From assembly GCA_036389335.1 (NCBI GenBank), contig DASVQC010000085.1, forward strand, positions 1,408-65,407: DNA of 64,000 nucleotides, given 5' to 3'. The notes beneath the pieces were generated by a model that saw only the letters and a program-made list of their open reading frames with translations, was not told the DNA's origin and searched no databases. Of the stretch, positions 9,101 through 15,508 are shown in pieces. Made by a program: the position numbers and the translations under genes. How positions within the stretch are numbered: position 1 is the first letter of the stretch; every line of letters begins with the position of its first letter. The DNA comes from Pyrinomonadaceae bacterium (lineage in GTDB: Bacteria > Acidobacteriota > Blastocatellia > Pyrinomonadales > Pyrinomonadaceae).

Positions 9101-9169
9101 GAGTGTTGAGGCGAAGAACAGAGAACGTAAGAGGAATTTGTGGCTGGCACGACCGGGCTTGGAAATCAT
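6167..9169 (-). CDS. Secreted multidomain protein: beta-propeller-like region, PT linker, discoidin/F5-F8-type-C-like carbohydrate-binding domain, PT linker, Solibacter-type C-terminal domain
   Basis: 1000 aa, read N- to C-terminus:
- N-terminal signal/anchor (LLRSLFFASTLTTLVVVLCVS).
- About 430 aa of strand-rich, propeller-like sequence; family unresolved.
- Linker PTPVPTPTPTPVPTPTPNP.
- A galactose-binding-like block: NGGSASASSTFNANYPVAAVNDGEHRGLNWG...IRIVVNNSLSGYSRIVEIEAF.
- Second linker VPTPTPTPVPTPTPAP.
- C-terminal ~230 aa with VTIGGRAARVFYVSPSRISFYVPAGLPAGDTEVIV...PSLFAVGGAGVGSG...GLDQVNCVLVPELRGAGAVDLTLLVGGRRSNSVRIVV. From memory this matches the uncharacterised Solibacter C-terminal (tandem Ig/TIG-like) domain common in Acidobacteria. 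Confidence 0.7.
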   Translation of the reverse strand: MISKPGRASHKFLLRSLFFASTLTTLVVVLCVSNTRTSYAEATDSGGIKTDMGLYPEDAVPALPAAGGIVSDQVFGAQIMRVTDEQDGANLGTHYSYWPTFNSNNTRLLVQGDSGLDFIRAFDPVTFTLGAKDSIPPSPSGYLAMEGATWSGSNPDVLYASAGAHIYAYNAATHTHTLIVDLTSRLPAGEYLWQQSKSLDDDYFAFTRRSETFGVDGYIVYRKSTDSLIVKDAPDLDEVTISKDGHYVLVKSGNQGLGVVESQVFNVATGQLENVIDSGPDYAPGHGDAGIDNYVGYDNWRNEINYRKLASPHVVTTLLALPDWATGASHTSMLADNEGWAMTELFGGTDDHVLRNEVVQIATDGSQRIRRLFHHRSIYRSYNDSPRANISRDGRFVAFTSNWGGRPRTDLFVAKIQSVAPAITPLPAPSVTPTPVPTPTPTPVPTPTPNPGPYLPGTNVALAVNGGSASASSTFNANYPVAAVNDGEHRGLNWGRGGGWNDATINSAPDVVEVSFNGAQTISQINLYTLQDNYNSPVEPTDSMLFATYGITGFDVQYFDGADWALIPGGHVTANNLVKRSFQFTPLTTAKIRIVVNNSLSGYSRIVEIEAFAAFVPTPTPTPVPTPTPAPNFATTALVAAAQSSAESLAANPGATAAQIEGLMMQINQAYSSFQSEAGQLASPDQTEKALRTAYYFTLAADALAQAQNYPLSVQNRLEITAARLAQTRSLLPGGTPPGSLAHASGVATAPVIGSALVLNDADSSPVLSPGSVARITGDQSPLSNLSVANPQLSAAALPYELANASVTIGGRAARVFYVSPSRISFYVPAGLPAGDTEVIVTSQEGYVSRGVVTVAPLAPSLFAVGGAGVGSGLALNDATHATGSFDVTTNETLGADKRTRLQLFALGFDAAANTDTRNDVPMEGGAVMPNLAESVTVEARAGDGRVFLLPVEYAFAHAGMAGLDQVNCVLVPELRGAGAVDLTLLVGGRRSNSVRIVVR
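7281..7324. repeat. Pro-Thr linker-coding GC-rich repeat (copy 2)
   Basis: Plus-strand gccggcgtcggggtcggcaccggggtcggcgtcggcgtgggcac is built from the hexamer period GGCGTC/GGGGTC. About 21 of the last 24 nt are identical to the other linker copy at 7824-7879. Confidence 0.8.
7824..7879. repeat. Pro-Thr linker-coding GC-rich repeat (copy 1)
   Basis: Plus-strand ggggtcggcgtcggcacgggcgtcggcgtcggcgtgggtaccggggtgggggtgac has the same GGCGTC hexamer periodicity. It encodes PTPVPTPTPTPVPTPTP on the minus strand. Confidence 0.8.
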
Positions 9170-10130
9170 TAACCTAACCTCACTTCGGTAACCGGACGAT
9201 CTCTGGGCTGTGGGTCAGAGACTCCTGGCTTTGCGTACCCGCATCGCTGCGGGGTTGCCGTTTGTCGGTGATGACCGCCCTGTCCACGTGCGCGTTCGGG
9301 CGCGAACCTTGCCGGCGCAGTCGGGACAGATTGAGCTATTCTCGCGGCCCGGCGAAGATACACGAGTTATGTACTTTCCGTGCCGCGGGCTATGAAACTG
9401 GTGTGAAATTGGAACTGTCGATGGAGGGAGCAGAGGGTGGGAACCGATTAGTGGCGGAAGCTGTGTGCGTAAAGGGTTCCGGCTTCAAGTCCGAGCCTTG
9501 GCCGCACACCGCACACTAGGGACGCTTAATTTCGGAACTAAGCAGTCGAGTCCTATATATGTCGGTGGCGGCGGCGGATTGGGCTTTCGGCCTTCTCCGA
9601 TCGCCTTCGGCGGCCAGACAATCTTGCGGGCGCGCGGGAGGTGAGGCGGCGCAGACGAAGATTCACGGCTTTGCGTCCCTGCTTCACAACAGGTTTGCCA
9701 TTATCGGTGCAATCGTTTCTAACAAAGATCATTTGCCGCCCGTTCGGGCCGGCACTACTATTAAACATACCGCATGTTTTTTTGTCAACATTACTTTCAT
9801 CTCCGCTCCGCCGAACCTCCCGTGCACCAGACCTTCGGCCTCTATACGTCGCCGGAGGGCAAGGAGAGGGCAGAGCGTGACACGGCCCGGCCCGCCAATA
9901 TCTGATACCTGCTTTAGTCTGCTTACCACCTGTCCGGCCACGTATGAGGGCGGCGTCTTGGAGTAAGCGGCAGTCCTGTCGGCTGATTACGAGGTATTTT
10001 CAGAAATCCCTAACCATTGAGTCTTTATATGGTTGCGGGCACTCAAGCGCGCCCACTTTGGAGGCTGCCACTGCCGGGCACGCGCGCGGAGAATCCGAGC
10101 CCCGAACGATAATAGGAAACAGCAAAGTAA

Positions 10131-10799
10131 ATGCGCCAATTTGCCAGAATTATTCCGTCGCTCGTGTTCGTGGTGCTGATTCTGAGCGCGGCCGAAGCGC
10201 GCGCGGATAACGTGGTGCTCACGGGCGGTTTCGTGTCCATCGGGGGAACTTTCCCGCCGGGCCGCGCCACGTTTCGTCCCATCACCTACTCTCTCTCGGG
10301 CGACCGCCTCGCGGTGAGCGGCGCGGAGCCGGACGGCACGACCCAGCAGGTGTTGTCGCCGTGCGTCTTCGCCGCCTGCGCCGCCGGAACCCTCGTCAGC
10401 GCCAACAGCCTCGTGCAGCTTCAGGGCCTCGGCTCGGCCACCCTCGACGGCGTGAATTATCCGCTCACGCAGTCGCCCGGCAGCCTGTTTACGTTCAACG
10501 GGGCCGACATCGCCATCCCGCTCGGCGGCGCGCAGACCATCACCCTGACCACTCCCTTCACCATGACGGGCACGCTTAACGTGCTGTCACTCCCGCAAGG
10601 CGTGACGGTCTTCAGCACGACCGTTTCCGGCGCCGGCCTCGCGACGCTGACGCTACAACAGTTCCAGTCCGGCTACGTGCTCACCGCCATCCGCTACGAC
10701 TTCCAAACCCCGACCCCGGAGCCCGCCACGCTGCTGCTGCTCGGCACGGGACTCGCCGGGGTGGCGACCCGCGCCCGCCGTCGCAACAAAAAAGATTGA
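10131..10799 (+). CDS. PEP-CTERM sorting-domain protein (exosortase substrate)
   Basis: 222 aa. It has a signal peptide (IIPSLVFVVLILSAAEARA/DN) and a Gly/Thr/Ser/Leu-rich, beta-strand-like body. The C-terminus TPTPEPATLLLLGTGLAGVATRARRRNKKD contains a PEP motif, a hydrophobic helix and an Arg-rich tail, which is the textbook PEP-CTERM signal (DNA about 10714-10796). An AGGAAA sequence lies upstream of the ATG. Confidence 0.9.
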   Translation: MRQFARIIPSLVFVVLILSAAEARADNVVLTGGFVSIGGTFPPGRATFRPITYSLSGDRLAVSGAEPDGTTQQVLSPCVFAACAAGTLVSANSLVQLQGLGSATLDGVNYPLTQSPGSLFTFNGADIAIPLGGAQTITLTTPFTMTGTLNVLSLPQGVTVFSTTVSGAGLATLTLQQFQSGYVLTAIRYDFQTPTPEPATLLLLGTGLAGVATRARRRNKKD

Positions 10800-10865
10800 C
10801 GCGCGGCGACCGGACTCCGGGGGCGCGCGCGGCGTAAGCTACCGGCCCGGTCGGCCCGTGGAACC

Positions 10866-11723
10866 CTATTCGCCGTCCTTCACGAAGACCAGCTCGTTGC
10901 ACCCGAGCCCGACGCCCCCGCACTTTAACTTCGTCAGGCTGAACCCTCTGGCCCGGAAAAAATCGAACAGCTCGTCGGGGGTCGCCACCTCGTAGGGGTA
11001 GCCGCCCACCCAGTCCACGATGTCGCGCCAGCGGCTCATCCCGCGCGACTGATCGTACTGCGTCCACGCGCTCACATACTTCCCCGGCTGCAGCGCGACG
11101 AGCGCGCGCGCCAGCGCCTTCGCCTCGTCGGGCGCGATCACGGCCAGCGTGAAGGGCGTGCGCAGGAGGCGGGGCAGGTTGTTGTAGGTTCGCTTGATCC
11201 ACTTCCAACGCCTGCTCTGGCTGCCCGTGTCGTTGTAGATGGCGACGAACAGCTTGCCGCCCGGCGCGACGGGCAGGGCGGCGTTGGCGAGCCCCTGCCA
11301 CATCTGGCCCGTGTGGTGCAGCACGCCCCACGAGTACACTACATCGAACCGCCCCAGCGACCTGATGTATTGCTCGTCGAGCGCCGACCCTTCCTCCACC
11401 GTCCACTGCTCGTCGCCGGGAAAGTAGCGCCGCCGCAACTCGGTCGTGCAGGCGACCGAATGCGGATCGTAGTCGAGCGAATGCACGCGCGCCCCCAGAC
11501 GCCGCGCCGCCAGGCTGAACAGCCCGCTGCCGGAGCCGATGTCGAGCAGACTCTTCCCGCGCAGGTCTTCCACCTCCAACATCTGCCTGAGCGAATTCTC
11601 CGCCTCGCCGATCCGCTTGTCGTTCAGCAGGGCGAGGAACCGGCTCCAGTTCTTACCGAACTCGAAGCGCTGCCCCTCGGCCACCTCGCGCGCGTGCGCC
11701 CCCATCGCCGATGCTTCTGCCAT
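10866..11723 (-). CDS. Class I SAM-dependent methyltransferase
   Basis: 285 aa. Motif I is LLDIGSGSGLFSLAARRLGARVHSLD, followed by the post-I acidic residue and VVYSWGVLHH (motif II/III-like). Substrate unknown. Confidence 0.8.
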   Translation of the reverse strand: MAEASAMGAHAREVAEGQRFEFGKNWSRFLALLNDKRIGEAENSLRQMLEVEDLRGKSLLDIGSGSGLFSLAARRLGARVHSLDYDPHSVACTTELRRRYFPGDEQWTVEEGSALDEQYIRSLGRFDVVYSWGVLHHTGQMWQGLANAALPVAPGGKLFVAIYNDTGSQSRRWKWIKRTYNNLPRLLRTPFTLAVIAPDEAKALARALVALQPGKYVSAWTQYDQSRGMSRWRDIVDWVGGYPYEVATPDELFDFFRARGFSLTKLKCGGVGLGCNELVFVKDGE

Positions 11724-11771
11724 GAATACGTAAGCTCCTTACGACCTTAAGCTAAAGTCCCGCGGCGCGCC

Positions 11772-13388
11772 TCAGCCCGCGGGCTGCGCCGCGTTCATCG
11801 CGCCGGTCAGCGCGTCGAGATCGCAGCCGATGCTGCGCCCGTCCGTGCCGGGTTTCTTATAGGGCGAGCGCGCGGCGAGCCGGTAGTCGCCCGACGCGGC
11901 GTTGGCGAAGCCGAGCACGTCGAAGCCGGACGTCGGCGGCGGCGCGAGGTTGTCGGGCGGGTGCGGCTGGTTGGGCCACACGCCGATGATGATGTTGCGG
12001 CGCACCTCCCACTGCTCCGCCCCCCAGTTGAGGGCCGCCGTGCCGACGTCCGAGCCGCCGCCGATGTCGTGCATGATGTTGTTGAGCACGGTGAGCCCCT
12101 TCACCTTCTGCCGACTCACCTCGAACTGCAGGCCGCGGTAGGTGGTGATCATCGTGTTGTGGGTGAGCTGAATGCCCGTGCCGCCGCCGCCGCTGAACAT
12201 CAGGCCGAAGCCGTGGCCGGACCAGCGCGCCCCGTCCACGTCGTAAACCAGATTGTTGTCGATCCGTATGTTCCGCGTCGGCTCGCTCGTAGCGTTGTCG
12301 TCTTGCCCGAGGATGTTGAAGGCGGAGGCGGTGTGCCGCAGGATGTTATTGGTGAACTCGACGTCGCGGACGACGCTCCACGGCGCGGTGTGCTCCTGGT
12401 TGCGCGGCGTGAACACGATGGCGAAGCCGATCTGCGCGTCGCCCCAGTTGTTCTCGAACAGGTTGCCGTCCATACGCACGCGCTGCGCGTTCTTCAACTC
12501 GAACAGGTTCTTGACCGTCCACTGCCCGCGCCACGCCGTCGGCTTGAAGACGTGGTTACGCCGGAACTCGATGTCGGAGGGGACGAGGTTCGGGACGGAC
12601 GGGTCGGCCCCGCCGAACATGACGTTCTCGCCCGCGCCTTCCAGATAGTTGTTCTCGATCCGGAAGGGGCCGGGGCCGTTCCAGCCGGCGATGGCCTGAC
12701 TGTCGTACCCCTTGATTTTGCACTCGGAGATGTACGAGTTGACGATCTCGGTCTCCGCGCTGTTGAGGGCGACGCCGCGCTTCAGCGTGCCCGCCGCGTC
12801 GCCGTGAATGTAGCAGCGATCAAAGCTCAGGTGGTGCGGCACGAGGTCGAGCCTGTTCTGCGAGTGGTCGCCGTTGCCCAACTGCAACAGATCGTAGACG
12901 AGGGCGCTGCTGTCGCTCGGCTTGAACTCGATGCCGACGAAGCGGAAGTGGTGCGCGCCCGGCGCGGTCTTCAGCGCGGGGTCTCCGCGCCCCGGCGAGA
13001 TGATCTTCGGCATGGCCCCGGCGTAGGCCGGGGTCACCCGCCCGCCCGCCGCCGGGAGCGCGCTATCCGGCGCGGAAGAGCGCAGAGTGATGTACGCCTC
13101 GCCGCTCTTCACCGGGAGCGTGATCGGCCCCGTGAAGGTCGCCCCGGCTTCCAGCACGATGGTGTCGCCGGGCTGCGCCCTTTTCAGCGCGGCATTCAAG
13201 TCGCTCCCCGCGCGGAGAATGCCGCCCGGCGGCGGCGCAGTCTGCTCGCCGACGCGCCGGGGGCGCTGTTGCTGCGCCGCGAGGAAAGGGCCGCCCCGCC
13301 ACGCGAGCGCGACCGCCAGGGTGGCGACCGCCGCGACGAGGCTCAGCGTCACGATTGAAACTTTCAGCAGGCTTGCCTTCGCCGTCAT
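11772..13388 (-). CDS. Membrane-anchored right-handed parallel beta-helix (PbH1) repeat protein; possible glycan lyase, epimerase or hydrolase
   Basis: 538 aa. An N-terminal anchor (VSIVTLSLVAAVATLAVALAW) is followed by repeated N-N-x-hydrophobic turns typical of beta-helix coils: IENNYLEGAGENVMFGG, FENNWGD, FTNNILRH, IDNNLVYDV, LTHNTMI, VLNNIMHDIGG. The catalytic class is not determinable by eye. Confidence 0.65.
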   Translation of the reverse strand: MTAKASLLKVSIVTLSLVAAVATLAVALAWRGGPFLAAQQQRPRRVGEQTAPPPGGILRAGSDLNAALKRAQPGDTIVLEAGATFTGPITLPVKSGEAYITLRSSAPDSALPAAGGRVTPAYAGAMPKIISPGRGDPALKTAPGAHHFRFVGIEFKPSDSSALVYDLLQLGNGDHSQNRLDLVPHHLSFDRCYIHGDAAGTLKRGVALNSAETEIVNSYISECKIKGYDSQAIAGWNGPGPFRIENNYLEGAGENVMFGGADPSVPNLVPSDIEFRRNHVFKPTAWRGQWTVKNLFELKNAQRVRMDGNLFENNWGDAQIGFAIVFTPRNQEHTAPWSVVRDVEFTNNILRHTASAFNILGQDDNATSEPTRNIRIDNNLVYDVDGARWSGHGFGLMFSGGGGTGIQLTHNTMITTYRGLQFEVSRQKVKGLTVLNNIMHDIGGGSDVGTAALNWGAEQWEVRRNIIIGVWPNQPHPPDNLAPPPTSGFDVLGFANAASGDYRLAARSPYKKPGTDGRSIGCDLDALTGAMNAAQPAG

Positions 13389-13463
13389 GTGATTCTCAAC
13401 TCCCCGCGGGCCGCCCCGACCGGGTATCGCCTCGGCGCGCCCCGACCGACGGCAGCCCGACGC

Positions 13464-14174
13464 CTAGCGGAAGCGCACGTAATAGTAGAGCAGTTTGGCA
13501 TACTCCCCGCCGACGGCGGGCCAGCCCGCCCGGTGCAGCCACCACGTCGCGGGCGGCGGCGTCTGCGCCCCCGGCGGCGGCGCGTCGAGCCCGATCTTAA
13601 CATCCGTGCCCGCGAAGACCCCGCGCATCGTCCGGAGCGTCCGGCGCGAGTGGTAGGCCGAGGTGACGAGCAGGATCGAGCCCAGCTTGTGGGCCTCCAC
13701 GTACCTGCGTACCAGCAGGGCCTCGTCGTGCGTGCCCGAGACCGGCTCGGGCAGAACCTCGACCTGCGCCGGCGGCACACCCGCACTCGCCAGCTCCGCC
13801 GCCGCGCGCTCCACGAAAAAGGGGTTGCGCTGCTCCGCGCTCGACCAGCCGCCCCGCAGGTTGTCGTTCGTCAGGACGATCCGCGGCGCGCGCCCCGCGG
13901 CCCAGAGCTGCGCCGCCCACCGCGTCCGCTCCACGTAGGCCGCCGACCCGCTCAGCACGACGAGCGCGTCGGCCCGCGGCAGCTCGGCCCGCACGATCAG
14001 CAGCCGGGCCGCGCCCCACGCGACGACGCACCACACCAGCAGGACTACGGACAGCGTCCGGGCGGCGTGTAACACGCGACGACGCCGCGCCGGGCGCGGC
14101 GGCGTGCGGCGCGGCGCGACGCCCCGGCTACCAGCAGAGTCCGTGGTAGCTTTCGTCACTGCTCCGCCCTTCAA
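13464..14174 (-). CDS. DUF218 / YdcF-ElyC family protein
   Basis: DUF218 blocks are present: ALVVLSGSAAYVERTRWAAQLWAAGRAPRIVLTND and ILLVTSAYHSRRTLRTMRGVF. The start is uncertain. The ATG at 14174 overlaps the algD 3' end by 47 nt. An in-frame GTG at 14075 (VLHAARTLSVVLLVWCVV..) would remove the overlap. Confidence 0.7.
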   Translation of the reverse strand: MKGGAVTKATTDSAGSRGVAPRRTPPRPARRRRVLHAARTLSVVLLVWCVVAWGAARLLIVRAELPRADALVVLSGSAAYVERTRWAAQLWAAGRAPRIVLTNDNLRGGWSSAEQRNPFFVERAAAELASAGVPPAQVEVLPEPVSGTHDEALLVRRYVEAHKLGSILLVTSAYHSRRTLRTMRGVFAGTDVKIGLDAPPPGAQTPPPATWWLHRAGWPAVGGEYAKLLYYYVRFR

Positions 14175-15438
14175 ACAGACGCACCAGATCGATCACCACC
14201 TGATCGGCGCGCAGGTGTTTTTCGAGTTCGCCGAACTCGGCGGACTTGTTTCCGATGATGAGCACGTCGGAGCCGGCCAGCACCTCCTGCAAGCTCGCGC
14301 GCATCAACTGCGAGATGTGGGGAATCTCGCGCTCGATATACTCTTTATTCGCGCCGAAGAGTCGGGCCAGCGACACGTCGCGGTCGTAGATCGAGAGTTC
14401 GATCCCCTTGCCGATGAGCGTCTCGGTGAGCGCGACCAGCGGCGACTCGCGCAGATCGTCGGTGCCCGCCTTGAAGCTCAGGCCCAGCAGGCCGACGCGC
14501 TTCTTCTTCGTCCGCAACACCAGATCGACGGCGCGCTCGACCTGCAAGCGGTTGCTCGGCAGGATCGCCGCCAGCACCGGCACCTCGACGTCCACCTCCT
14601 TAGCCTTGTACGTGATGGCGCGGAGGTCTTTCGGCAGGCACGAGCCGCCGAAGGCGAACCCCGGCTTCAGGTAGTAGGGCGAGAGGTTGAGCTTCGCGTC
14701 CTGGCAGAAGACGCTCATCACCTGATGGCTGTCGATGCCGAGCTGCTTGCAGACGTTGCCGATCTCGTTGGCGAAGCTGACCTTCAGGGCGTGGAAGCAG
14801 TTGCACGCGTACTTGACCATCTCGGCGGCGTTGACCGCGGTGACGAGCAGCGGCGCGTCGATGCCCTTGTAGAGCTGCCCGACGCGGGCCGCCGCGGCCT
14901 CGTCGTCCGCGCCGACGAGCGTGAAGGGCGGCGCGTAGAAATCCTTGAGCGAGCTGCCTTCGCGCAGGAATTCGGGGTTGATGCAGACGGAGAAATCGCG
15001 CCCCGCCTTCTTCCCCGAGGCGGCTTCCAGCGTCGGCACGACGACGCCCGCGATCGTGCCCGGCAGCATCGTGCTCCGGATGACGACGACGTGGCGCTCG
15101 CTCTCCGCCAGCGCGCCGCCGATCTCGCGGCACACGCTTTCGACGTAGCGCAGATCGAGGCTGCCGTTGTGGTTGCTGGGCGTGCCGACGCAGACCAGAG
15201 AGATTTCCGAGTCGCGCACGGCGGCGGCGGAGTCCGTCGTCGCGCGCAGCCGCTTCGCGCCGACCATCTCGCCGATCAGCTCGTCGATGCCGGCCTCGAC
15301 GATCGGGCTGTGGCCGCCGTTAATGATGTCCACCTTGGTCTGGTTGACGTCAACGCCGATCACCTCGTGGCCCTCCCGGGCGAAGCACGCCGCCGACACG
15401 CAGCCCACATAGCCCAGCCCGAATACGCTTAATTTCAT
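14128..15438 (-). CDS. algD: GDP-mannose 6-dehydrogenase (AlgD-type nucleotide-sugar dehydrogenase)
   Basis: 436 aa. The sequence MKLSVFGLGYVGCVSAACFAREGHEVIGVDVNQTKVDIINGGHSPIVE..VCVGTPS..NPEFLREG..PGFAFGGSCLPKDLRA..GLSFKAGTDDLRESP..GANKEYIE..GLCW appears collinear with Pseudomonas AlgD as I remember it. It also shares AlgD's length and GxCW C-terminus, and the catalytic Cys lies in GGSCLPKD. Confidence 0.88.
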   Translation of the reverse strand: MKLSVFGLGYVGCVSAACFAREGHEVIGVDVNQTKVDIINGGHSPIVEAGIDELIGEMVGAKRLRATTDSAAAVRDSEISLVCVGTPSNHNGSLDLRYVESVCREIGGALAESERHVVVIRSTMLPGTIAGVVVPTLEAASGKKAGRDFSVCINPEFLREGSSLKDFYAPPFTLVGADDEAAAARVGQLYKGIDAPLLVTAVNAAEMVKYACNCFHALKVSFANEIGNVCKQLGIDSHQVMSVFCQDAKLNLSPYYLKPGFAFGGSCLPKDLRAITYKAKEVDVEVPVLAAILPSNRLQVERAVDLVLRTKKKRVGLLGLSFKAGTDDLRESPLVALTETLIGKGIELSIYDRDVSLARLFGANKEYIEREIPHISQLMRASLQEVLAGSDVLIIGNKSAEFGELEKHLRADQVVIDLVRLFEGRSSDESYHGLCW

Positions 15439-15508
15439 AAGCCCCTGTTCCTTAAGTTGTCCTCACCACGCCCGCGCCGCGCGGCGGGCCTGAACCGCCC
15501 GCGCCATT

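Noticed and set aside
9171-9225. Motifs taacctaacctca and ggtcagag that resemble the repeat units of hairpin b.
   Set aside because: These are only single, short matches. The two pieces are not inverted relative to each other and do not form a stem, so they are probably coincidental.
9498-9513. A sigma-54-like -24/-12 element (TGGccgcacaccGCa) upstream of the PEP-CTERM gene.
   Set aside because: The GG-to-GC spacing is one nt shorter than the canonical TGGCAC-N5-TTGC, and the flanking consensus bases are poor. No sigma-54 activator gene is visible in the window.
9440-9515. A tRNA-like T-loop sequence (ggcTTCAAGTCCgagcc) in the large intergenic gap.
   Set aside because: I could not build a 5-bp T-stem, an acceptor stem or an anticodon arm around it on either strand. 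It is most likely a chance resemblance. A tRNAscan/ARAGORN run would settle it.
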